NCBI GenBank assembly: GCA_903930585.1
Contig: CAIYZD010000133.1
Coordinates: forward strand, 70 to 64,069
Source: an uncultured Geobacteraceae bacterium
GTDB lineage: Bacteria; Desulfobacterota; Desulfuromonadia; Geobacterales; Pseudopelobacteraceae
DNA: 64,000 nt
Direction of reading: 5' to 3'
Shown here: in pieces, positions 38,656-46,883 of the stretch
Layout of the letters: each line of letters opens with the position of its first letter
How positions within the stretch are numbered: the stretch's first letter is position 1
Made by a program: the position numbers and the translations under genes
The notes under the pieces: model-generated
The model's database searches: none
What the model was told of the DNA's origin: nothing
The model's input: the letters and a program-made list of their open reading frames with translations, nothing else

Positions 38656-38728
38656 CCAGCGAGCCCACGCATCATGAAAGGACATCTTCGGGAATTATGG
38701 CTAAATCCGATGCAATGTCCGCTCCTGG
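38656..38728 (+). promoter_or_regulatory. Nested stem-loop element in the AOR leader (possible riboswitch or attenuator)
   Basis: The outer helix pairs CCAG-c-GAGC (38656-38664) with GCTC-c-TGG (38721-38728). It encloses the helix GGACAT (38680-38685) / ATGTCC (38715-38720). Pairing was read by eye. Confidence 0.3.
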
Positions 38729-38844
38729 AGTCAGGGTTTCGGCTTAAAAGATTAACTCATCAATATATCTTGTATACTAGACATGTTGGAGCAATTCGTA
38801 CTCAGCTTTACATTCCGCTATAATGAAAAATGTGGAGGTACTTA

Positions 38845-41169
38845 ATGGATATCAGGGCAAAGGTTGAACGACTCACGGCGCGTATGCACGACGGTCCCCA
38901 GTATACAACTCAAGGTGCTGTGTTGTTTGTAGACCTGGAACAGAAAAAATTCTTTTCCCGCTACCTGCCGAAAGATGTAATTCATACGGTTCTCACCAAC
39001 CGCGGGGCAAACATGTATCTGCTCTACAATCTTCTGCTGGATGGAAAAGATCCGCTGGATCCACAAATTCCGATTATTTTCGGAAGCGGCGCCCTGACGG
39101 GAACCGTTCCCACGGCCACGCGCGGCAATGTCAGCAGCATCTCTCCGGAAAGCTATGCCATCCTCGACAGTAACTGCGGCGACGCCTTTCCCACGTTTCT
39201 CAAATTTCATGGCTACGACCATCTGGTCCTGTACGGTCAGGCCACTGACTGGACCCTGCTCAAAATTTCCGGTCAGGAGGTCAGCTTCCATGATGCCACA
39301 CCTTATCTGGGTATGGATAACCATGATGTCACGCAAGCGGTGGAAAGGGATTTTTCCTGCACCGAGCGCAAGGATATGGCCATGGCCCGCATTACCAGTG
39401 CGGGAGAGAACCTGAATCTCTTCGCCGGCATCATGGGCGGCGTCAAGGCGATCTATGCGCGGGGTGGTGGCGGGGCCAAAATGGGTTCCCTCAGACTCAA
39501 GGCAATCATGATCCAGGGGCGCGGAGAGCAACCCGCTCTTTCTCCGGCCTTCAAGGAGAACAACCGGGCCATTGCCCAAAAGATCCTCTCTGCCAGCGTC
39601 ATCAAGAATGCCCTGAAAACGGTCGGCACCCCTTTCCTTTACAAGCCGAGCCGCATTCTCGGCGCCATGGGGACCAGAAACAACCAGGAGACCAGCTGGA
39701 GTGATTCACTTGATGCCGACAACTTTGACGTCTATCGACCAGGTATGGACGGATGCCTCAAATGTCCGGTCCGCTGTCGGCCACTCAACGACCTTACCCC
39801 CGAAGGGAAAGGGGGGTGGGGAACTGCCGCACTCAAGGGGCTGACCGGCAACGCCAGCTACGATCAAGCTCAGGCAAGAGTCGAACATGGTAAGGCAAAA
39901 ACGTACCGGGGAATCAACAATGACGACAGGTTTGACCGATACGACAGGGGTGACGGTCCCGAATACACCACCCTGCAGAAGATGGGTCCCATGATCGGCA
40001 TCAGCGAGCCGGAGCAGGTTGTGCGACTGAACAATATCCTCAATGAGCTCGGACTTGACTCGGCCGGCGCCGGCAGCGCCATTTCCTGGGCCATGGAACT
40101 CTACCAGAGGGGGATCATCACGGATAAGGAAACCGGAGGGCTCGATCTGAGCTGGGGCAATTACCCGGTGGTGGAAAAGCTGCTCTTCATGTCCGCCAAA
40201 CGGGAGGGCTTTGGCGATGTCATTGCCGATTCCAGCCGGGCGGCGGACAAGGGCAAGTATCCCGCGGAGGCTCTGAAATACCGGATGACGATCAAGGGAC
40301 TGGCCCAGTCCGATCCCCACGATGCGCGCATTCTCAAGGGGTTCGCTCTTGGTCTTGCCGTAGCGACCCGCGGCATGGATCATCTCCGCAATCGCCCCAC
40401 ACTGGAGATAAATGCCAAGATCAACTCAAACCGTAAAATCAAGGCCGCCCTGTATGGTGGCGATGTGGCTCCGGAACCTACCGGCTATCAAGGCAAGGAA
40501 TATGCGGTCCGCCGCTGCGAAAACAGTTATGCCGTCGGTGACTCGGTCGGCATGTGCCGCTTTACGACCAAGTATTTCAATTCCCCTTCGACGGCCGATA
40601 ACGAGGACTTTTCCGGACAACTCACCGAACTGACGGGAGAGTCGTTCACCGGAGAGCAACTCAACGAGATCGGTCGCAACATCACGGGACTGGAGCGGCT
40701 GATAAATGCGCGGATCGGACTGACCGAAAAGGACGATACCCTGCCCGACCGGTGGTTCGACGAAGAGATCACGGTTGGCCAGTTTGCAGGAGAGAAAATC
40801 GACCGGGCACAATTCGCGGAGCTCAAGTCACGTTTTTACGCGGTGACCGGTTTGAATGCTTCCGGAGTACCGGCACTGGAGTGGCACCGGAAACTGGCCG
40901 GGGTGATCACAGGATTTGCCGTCAAGGTCTGGCTTCCCTATGGCTTGCCGGGTGCTCCGGAAGGAGCGGTCATCGTAGACCAACCGGTTGGCACTGTAGC
41001 CGAGCTACGCGAGGCGCTGAAAAACAGGCTTCCCCATGCGGTACTGCAGTTGGAGGATAGCAGCCTGAATGTTGTGGTTAATGGCTCCGTGGTGCTTTCC
41101 AATGAGCAGGCTGTTCCTGTTACGAATGGAGATGAGGTTACTATTATGGCCATGCTCGCCGGCGGGTGA
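38845..41169 (+). CDS. Aldehyde:ferredoxin oxidoreductase-family tungsten/molybdopterin enzyme fused to a C-terminal MoaD/ThiS-like domain
   Basis: The ATG at 38845 follows GGAGG. It has an AOR N-terminal domain, a cluster motif CLKCPVRC, GPEYTTL and VGMCRF. The last 85 aa (40912-41166) align by eye with E. coli MoaD and end in Gly-Gly. Confidence 0.85.
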   Translation: MDIRAKVERLTARMHDGPQYTTQGAVLFVDLEQKKFFSRYLPKDVIHTVLTNRGANMYLLYNLLLDGKDPLDPQIPIIFGSGALTGTVPTATRGNVSSISPESYAILDSNCGDAFPTFLKFHGYDHLVLYGQATDWTLLKISGQEVSFHDATPYLGMDNHDVTQAVERDFSCTERKDMAMARITSAGENLNLFAGIMGGVKAIYARGGGGAKMGSLRLKAIMIQGRGEQPALSPAFKENNRAIAQKILSASVIKNALKTVGTPFLYKPSRILGAMGTRNNQETSWSDSLDADNFDVYRPGMDGCLKCPVRCRPLNDLTPEGKGGWGTAALKGLTGNASYDQAQARVEHGKAKTYRGINNDDRFDRYDRGDGPEYTTLQKMGPMIGISEPEQVVRLNNILNELGLDSAGAGSAISWAMELYQRGIITDKETGGLDLSWGNYPVVEKLLFMSAKREGFGDVIADSSRAADKGKYPAEALKYRMTIKGLAQSDPHDARILKGFALGLAVATRGMDHLRNRPTLEINAKINSNRKIKAALYGGDVAPEPTGYQGKEYAVRRCENSYAVGDSVGMCRFTTKYFNSPSTADNEDFSGQLTELTGESFTGEQLNEIGRNITGLERLINARIGLTEKDDTLPDRWFDEEITVGQFAGEKIDRAQFAELKSRFYAVTGLNASGVPALEWHRKLAGVITGFAVKVWLPYGLPGAPEGAVIVDQPVGTVAELREALKNRLPHAVLQLEDSSLNVVVNGSVVLSNEQAVPVTNGDEVTIMAMLAGG

Positions 41170-41195
41170 AGCAAGCTTTATCTGCTTCACCCGCC
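41161..41195. terminator. 13-bp perfect stem-loop between convergent genes (candidate bidirectional terminator)
   Basis: GGCGGGTGAAGCA (41161-41173), a 9-nt loop, then TGCTTCACCCGCC (41183-41195). The AOR stop codon (41167-41169) lies in the left arm. No clear U-tract is present on either strand. Confidence 0.5.
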
Positions 41196-41254
41196 GGCGA
41201 TATCCGTGGCAGCGGGGTGTAACTTCGAGCCCTTCTTATATGCTCTTTTGGCGC

Positions 41255-42184
41255 TTACCTGGCGTAGTAACCGACACCCACCAGAAAGTTGCCTACCTTA
41301 CGTACAAAGGTATGCTTTTTCTCATTCTTGCTTGTCACCGGGTTACGCCAGACATAATCAAGCTCGCCTTGTCCCTTCGCTTTGACGATGGAAACCATCT
41401 CCTTGATAATCGGCTTGCCGGTGGGATCGGTCAGGGTTTGCGCGTCGCTGCCGACAAGACGCGGAGAAGCTCCATGGGCGCGAAAAAGTTTCTTGTCGAT
41501 ATCGATGACGAATACATACAAATCGTCCTCAATGTACTTGCCACCCAGATCATTAAATGCTGTAAATGCACTCTCGGGATCATTTTTTACCGCTTCCGAA
41601 GCCCTGTTCAGCATGTCTTTTGCCTGCTTGGCCGATGCCCGTGGGATGTAATACCCCACGGATAGTATTGCATCCCCAACTTTCTGGAAATAGGCGACCT
41701 TGCGTTCCACTTTGCGATCAACACGATTCAGCCAGCGGTACTCCACGGAACCGGAATTCTGGGACTTGGCAATATCCAGCATTTCCCGAAAGAACGGCTT
41801 TCCTTCCGCGTCACGCAGGTTGGTAATGTTGGTGCCGATCAGGGCCGATGATGATCCGCCACTCGACAGCATGACGCCATTCGTGTTGATCACATATACA
41901 TACAGATCGCCCTGGATGAATTCACCCTGGCGCATGAATGCGGCCAAAGCCAGCTCTTTTTTCTCCCGATAAGAGGCAACTGCACGATCAAGCAGTTCCT
42001 TGGCACGCTTGGCGTCATCGCGGCTGTCCGCTGCAGGTTCCGGTTTTGCCGCGGATTTTTCAGCGGCACAGACAATGCCGGAGAACATCGTGGAAAGCAG
42101 CAGGGATACAATAAAAGCCATACAAACGAAGCGGACAGTTCTTGCAAACGGATTGTTTTTTGATTCGATGAACATGTGATTCAC
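41255..42184 (-). CDS. Secreted or membrane-anchored protein made of two Cache-like (sCache_2-type) domains, with no output domain
   Basis: 309 aa with an N-terminal hydrophobic anchor. There are two similar halves: GDLYVYVINTNGVMLSSGG...VEYRWLN...KVAYFQKVGDAILSVGYY and DDLYVFVIDIDKKLFRAHG...LDYVWRN...KHTFVRKVGNFLVGVGYY. Confidence 0.7.
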   Translation of the reverse strand: MNHMFIESKNNPFARTVRFVCMAFIVSLLLSTMFSGIVCAAEKSAAKPEPAADSRDDAKRAKELLDRAVASYREKKELALAAFMRQGEFIQGDLYVYVINTNGVMLSSGGSSSALIGTNITNLRDAEGKPFFREMLDIAKSQNSGSVEYRWLNRVDRKVERKVAYFQKVGDAILSVGYYIPRASAKQAKDMLNRASEAVKNDPESAFTAFNDLGGKYIEDDLYVFVIDIDKKLFRAHGASPRLVGSDAQTLTDPTGKPIIKEMVSIVKAKGQGELDYVWRNPVTSKNEKKHTFVRKVGNFLVGVGYYAR

Positions 42185-42248
42185 CTCGGAGTTACAATTT
42201 TTTTATTCACGTCATCGCGCTGGCACGTTCGGCTTGTGCTGTGGCGTC

Positions 42249-44273
42249 CTATTTCTTAAAATCCGGTTTACGTTTTTCCAGGAAGGCATACACCCCTTCC
42301 TTGGAGGCATCGATACAGGAGATGTCACCGCTCCCCTGGTAGTTGATCTCCAGAGCTGCTTCCAGTGAACCGGCGGCTGCCGCCTGGTTAACGACCCGTG
42401 CCACGATGGACAGAGCCTCTTTGCTCAGAGCCATTTTGCCCGCAACCGGGTTTTCGGGTACGGTGAACTCGACAATATTGACCGGGGCATCGCTGATGCG
42501 CGGAACATTGCCGATGAGTCGGTTGACTTCGCTGATGGCGGCATCGATCATTTCAATGTAGCCGTTGGTAACCTGTTTGACGATGCCGATCTCCTGGGCC
42601 TCTTTGACGGTCAGGCGCTTGGCCGCGCCGATCATGGCGTTGAAGGTCTCGGAGGCGTGCGGCCATTTGCGGTAAGGAATAACCGCCCCACCCATGCCGG
42701 GCAGGATCCCCAGGGTGATTTCCGGCAGTTGGAAGAAGGCATCCTTGTCGGCTACCAGGCTGTGGCAGCGCAGGGCCACTTCAACACCGCCCCCCATGGC
42801 CAGACCGTTTACTGCGGCGACGACCGGCTTGTCCATCTTGTCCATGAAGTGCAGGACTTCCGAGTTGCCCCGGGCCAGATCCACCCCGGCGGTATGGTTG
42901 TCGATGGTGGCAATGAAGCCGTTGATGTCGGCTCCGGCGCAGAATGCCTTGGTGCCGTAACCGGTGATGACGAAGCCTTTAACAGCCGGATCGTTGGCCC
43001 CTTTTTTCAGTTCGGTGAGAATCTCGCTGCAGGTACCGCCTCCCAGTGAGTTGGCGACCTGGGGACGACGGATTGTGATGATCCGTACCCCTTCCTTGTC
43101 ATCCACCAGGATGTCACGGGAGAAGTTCAGGTAGTCGGCAATCGGTCGTTTGGCACGGGGGAAACCGGGACGCTCATTATTGAAAGCGGCCATGATGCGC
43201 TCCACTTCCCGGGTGCCCATCTCTTCCATGATGTCGAAGACACCTTTCTTGAAGCCCAGGGCGATCAGGCTGCCGAAGTTCAGGTCTTCACGGGTACCGA
43301 TGGTACGGTCGGCGATGTCGAAACATTGGGAGAAGACCAGACCGATCATGCGATCACGGATCCATTCCTTGAGGTCTTCAGGTACGTCGATTCTGGTGCC
43401 CGGTTTGGCCACGTTCCACTTATCGACGGACAAGAGGACCGGTGAAGGGGCATAGCATGCCCGCTCGGCGGTGCGGCGCAGTTGTGATTCATAGGTAATC
43501 GGGTTGCCGCCGGCCATGTTGAGGACGAAGAAGGGGCCGGCGCCGACCCACTCTTCACAGACGGAGTCGACCTGGTAGGTGGTTGCTTTGTCCACCAGGT
43601 AGGCGGCTTCGTTGGTCCAGTTCTCAAAGACGCGGTTGAGCAGGAAGGAGAAGACGTTATCGGTGACGACCGGTGCTTTGCCGGTGTTGGCGAAGAACCA
43701 GATCAGATAGTTGAGCAGTTCCCGGCTGGCTCCTTCCCAGTTGATTACTTCCACGGCCATGCTGCGCCAGGCCGGGGCAAAGAAGTGGGTGATGGTGGAG
43801 CGCTCGGGGTGTTTCATGCCACTGAAGATCTGCTGGGCCGGGATTCCGCTGGTGTTGGAGGTCAGGACGCATCTTTCGTCGACAATCTCTTCCAACTGAG
43901 CGAAGATCTTCCGCTTCAGGGGCAGACTTTCGGTGGCTGCTTCAATGACCAGTCCGCAGTTTTTAAGCTGGCTGTAGTCGGTGGTGTAGACGATGTTGCC
44001 CAGGATCTGGTCGGCTTCAGCCTGGGTCATCTTCCGGCGGTCGAGCCCTTTCTGGGCGTAGGATTGAAAACGCTTTTCGGCTTTCTTGAGCGGTTCCTCA
44101 GCCACGTCCACCAGATAGAGTTTCTTGTCCGGTGCCCCGGTCCTCAGGTAGTAGGCGATGTCCGGGCCGATATGGCCGGCGCCGATGACCGCCATTTCGT
44201 CCGGGATGGGACGGTCGGTCTGGACCAGGTAAGGGTTGAAGTAGGATGGGTAGAGTTTCTTTTCAGCGGCCAT
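42249..44273 (-). CDS. Fused 3-hydroxyacyl-CoA dehydrogenase / enoyl-CoA hydratase
   Basis: 674 aa with an N-terminal NAD-binding HAD domain (VIGAGHIGPDIA) and a C-terminal crotonase fold (KAFCAGADI, VAAVNGLAMGGG). Confidence 0.85.
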   Translation of the reverse strand: MAAEKKLYPSYFNPYLVQTDRPIPDEMAVIGAGHIGPDIAYYLRTGAPDKKLYLVDVAEEPLKKAEKRFQSYAQKGLDRRKMTQAEADQILGNIVYTTDYSQLKNCGLVIEAATESLPLKRKIFAQLEEIVDERCVLTSNTSGIPAQQIFSGMKHPERSTITHFFAPAWRSMAVEVINWEGASRELLNYLIWFFANTGKAPVVTDNVFSFLLNRVFENWTNEAAYLVDKATTYQVDSVCEEWVGAGPFFVLNMAGGNPITYESQLRRTAERACYAPSPVLLSVDKWNVAKPGTRIDVPEDLKEWIRDRMIGLVFSQCFDIADRTIGTREDLNFGSLIALGFKKGVFDIMEEMGTREVERIMAAFNNERPGFPRAKRPIADYLNFSRDILVDDKEGVRIITIRRPQVANSLGGGTCSEILTELKKGANDPAVKGFVITGYGTKAFCAGADINGFIATIDNHTAGVDLARGNSEVLHFMDKMDKPVVAAVNGLAMGGGVEVALRCHSLVADKDAFFQLPEITLGILPGMGGAVIPYRKWPHASETFNAMIGAAKRLTVKEAQEIGIVKQVTNGYIEMIDAAISEVNRLIGNVPRISDAPVNIVEFTVPENPVAGKMALSKEALSIVARVVNQAAAAGSLEAALEINYQGSGDISCIDASKEGVYAFLEKRKPDFKK

Positions 44274-44322
44274 GGGTTCTCTCCTTGATGATTGAATACG
44301 ATATATGCGTCTCGATATGGTT

Positions 44323-45513
44323 TTAGTTCACCTTGATTACGATTGATGCGGCGGTGTCACCGGCGGCGCAACCGGAGAAGAGCAGGTAGCCGCCACCTTT
44401 TGCGGCCACCTCCTCGATCCCTTCGATCATCAGACGGGCGCCGGTAGGCGCCTGGGGATGGCCGTATATCAATGAGGAGCCGAAGTTGTTCATGCTGTTA
44501 ACATCCAGACCGAGGGTTTTCGCCATGGCGATGTCGTTGGCGGCAAAGGGGTTATGCGTCTTGACCGCTTTTACATCAGCCACTTTTATGCCGGCCCGGT
44601 CGAGCGCCATCTGGGCGGACGGGGCGACGGCGGCGGCCATATAGGCTTTTTTCGTGCGGGCGTAGCCGAAGGAGAGAAGCTGGATTTCGATGTTCGGGTC
44701 GGCGCTCAGTTCGCGCGCTTTGTCCCGGGTAGTTACCGAAACCCCGCAGTTGCCGTCGGCCGGGAAGGTCTGAGCGCCGAAGGTGTGGACGCCGTCCGGG
44801 AGGACGGGACGCAGGCCGGCAAGTCCTTCCGCCGTGGTCGGCATGACCCCTTCATCGGCTTCAACGGTGATGGTTTTCTTCTTGGATATCTGTACTTCGA
44901 CCGGGAACATGTAGCGTTTCTGGAATTCACGGTCGTTGGCCAGGGCGTCCTGGTACTGTGCGTAGCGCCTGAGGGTGAGTTCATCGCACTGTTCGCGGGT
45001 GATGCCGGCCTCTTTGCTGACGTTCTCGGCGGTCTGGATCATCGCCTGGCCGGCCCATGGATCTTTGTTAACGTTGTCCATGAACCAGTCTTCGGCGATC
45101 GGTTTGCCGCCGGGGCCGTTCGGGTTCGGCCAGATGGCGTGCGGGCCGTTGGAGCAGCGGTCGGCCAGCAGGCACCAGCTGTTTTCAAACATGCCGGTTT
45201 CAATCCCCTGGCCGGCCTGGTAGAGGGAGAAGGCAGAGGTGGAGCAGGCCTGGGTGATGAGGACGCCGGGGGAGTTCACGGCGCCCAGCATGGCGGCGGC
45301 CCAGGGACCGGTGTAGAACCAGGACTGCTGGTAGACGGTACTGCCGACAAATACGTATTCGATGGCCATCGGGTCCCACCCTTTGCTCTCCAGAAAACGT
45401 TTGGAGGTGGCAGCGCCGAGGGCGATGGCGTTCTCATTGGCCAGTGTCCCCTGCCATTTGACAAACGGGGTGCTGTAGTAGCCGCGATAGGGGATGAATG
45501 CTTTGGTTAACAT
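44323..45513 (-). CDS. Thiolase-family acyltransferase
   Basis: 396 aa with a thiolase N-terminal active-site region (TQACSTSAFSL) and a C-terminal region (NNFGSSLIYGHPQAPTG...GCAAGD). Confidence 0.8.
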   Translation of the reverse strand: MLTKAFIPYRGYYSTPFVKWQGTLANENAIALGAATSKRFLESKGWDPMAIEYVFVGSTVYQQSWFYTGPWAAAMLGAVNSPGVLITQACSTSAFSLYQAGQGIETGMFENSWCLLADRCSNGPHAIWPNPNGPGGKPIAEDWFMDNVNKDPWAGQAMIQTAENVSKEAGITREQCDELTLRRYAQYQDALANDREFQKRYMFPVEVQISKKKTITVEADEGVMPTTAEGLAGLRPVLPDGVHTFGAQTFPADGNCGVSVTTRDKARELSADPNIEIQLLSFGYARTKKAYMAAAVAPSAQMALDRAGIKVADVKAVKTHNPFAANDIAMAKTLGLDVNSMNNFGSSLIYGHPQAPTGARLMIEGIEEVAAKGGGYLLFSGCAAGDTAASIVIKVN

Positions 45514-45662
45514 GGATGTTCCTCCTCGTGTAAAATAAATGGCATAAACTGGTATTATATCATGGTATGATTACCCGTAAAAAAGATATTGTCAATCAGG
45601 CACCTTTTCAATACAGAGTACCCAATTAGGTACCCTGAACCGTCTACCGGAGATTTGGGAAA

Positions 45663-46076
45663 ATGGAAGAGAGTTATCAACCACAAGGAAAATTCCAGTA
45701 CCGGGGCAAGGAGTACTACTGTCCGGTGGACGTGACCCTGGCCATTATTGGCGGGAAATGGAAACCGGCCATCCTTTGGCACCTCAAAAAAAGAACCATG
45801 CGCTTTTCCGAATTGCAGCGCAGATTTCCCGACACGACACGAAAAATGCTGACCCAGCAACTGCGGGAACTGGAAGCTGACGGGGTGATCCAGCGTAAGG
45901 TCTATGCCGAGGTACCTCCACGGGTGGAATACTCCTTTACCGAAAAGGGGCATACTGTTAATAACGTTCTTATTTTGATGTACGACTGGGGAAAACAATT
46001 TTTACAGGAATCAAACGCAAACGTCTACACAGCCGAGATGCCGCCATCCACCACCAGTTCCGTACCAGTAATGTAG
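45663..46076 (+). CDS. HxlR-family winged-helix transcriptional regulator
   Basis: 137 aa. CPVDVTLAIIGGKWKPAILWHL....MRFSELQRRFPDTTRKMLTQQLRELEADGVIQRKVY..VPPRVEYSFTEKG is a textbook HxlR core. The 3' end overlaps the convergent SDR gene by 52 nt. Confidence 0.88.
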   Translation: MEESYQPQGKFQYRGKEYYCPVDVTLAIIGGKWKPAILWHLKKRTMRFSELQRRFPDTTRKMLTQQLRELEADGVIQRKVYAEVPPRVEYSFTEKGHTVNNVLILMYDWGKQFLQESNANVYTAEMPPSTTSSVPVM

Positions 46077-46837
46077 CAGGCTGCATCGGAGGCCAGAAAG
46101 TGCACCGCCGCGACAACATCGGAGGTTTCGCCGATGCGCCCCAGCGGCGTGCTGCTTTTGATGAAATTCAGCCCCTGCTCGAAGTCACCGCCGAAGATCA
46201 GGTTGGCAACGTCCTGAACAGCCTTGTCCCCCATCTCGGTCCTGGTAACACCGGGGTGAACGGAGTTCACCCGGATATTCATAGCGCCGAACTCCGCCGC
46301 CACAGCCTTGCTGAACAGGCGCACCGCCCCCTTTGATGCACAGTAGCCGGCGAAACCGGGGACACCTACCAGACCCGCCACCGATGACAAGTTGATGATG
46401 GACCCGCCTCGGCCTTCTCTACCTTCGCTTGTCATGGCGGCAAGGGCATGTTTTGTCCCCAGAAAAACTCCCTCGACATTAATAGAGTGCATGCGCCGCC
46501 ACTCCTCGACGCTCATCTGAAGCAGCGGCTTGGCAATCTCGATACCGGCATTATTGATCAGTACGTCCAGCCCGCCGAATGCCTCCAGGGTGGCGGCAAT
46601 TCCCCGCTGCCAATCCTCCTCGCGGGTCACGTCCAGTGTGCAGAAAGCCGCTTCCCTCCCCTGTTCACAGATGGAACGGGCCACATCCTTACCGAGCTCA
46701 TCAAGAATATCGGCCAGCATTATTTTTGCACCGGCCTGCGCCAGAGACCGAGCGCAATCCAGGCCGATCCCCCGGGCAGCACCGCTGATTAAAACAACTT
46801 TGCCATTAACATCGAAGTTTGTTTTTTGTTTCGTCAT
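46025..46837 (-). CDS. Short-chain dehydrogenase/reductase
   Basis: 270 aa with GAARGIG (TGxxxGIG), NNAG and a YCASK catalytic motif. Confidence 0.88.
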   Translation of the reverse strand: MTKQKTNFDVNGKVVLISGAARGIGLDCARSLAQAGAKIMLADILDELGKDVARSICEQGREAAFCTLDVTREEDWQRGIAATLEAFGGLDVLINNAGIEIAKPLLQMSVEEWRRMHSINVEGVFLGTKHALAAMTSEGREGRGGSIINLSSVAGLVGVPGFAGYCASKGAVRLFSKAVAAEFGAMNIRVNSVHPGVTRTEMGDKAVQDVANLIFGGDFEQGLNFIKSSTPLGRIGETSDVVAAVHFLASDAACYITGTELVVDGGISAV

Positions 46838-46883
46838 ATCCGTATCTCCTTCCGCCCTCGCGGTTCAACATGTCAACGTTCCG

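Noticed and set aside
42220-42236. TGGCAC...GCTTG resembling a sigma54 -24/-12 promoter
   Set aside because: The GG to GC spacing does not fit (positions 14-15 after the GG are TT), and the element points into the 3' end of a minus-strand gene.
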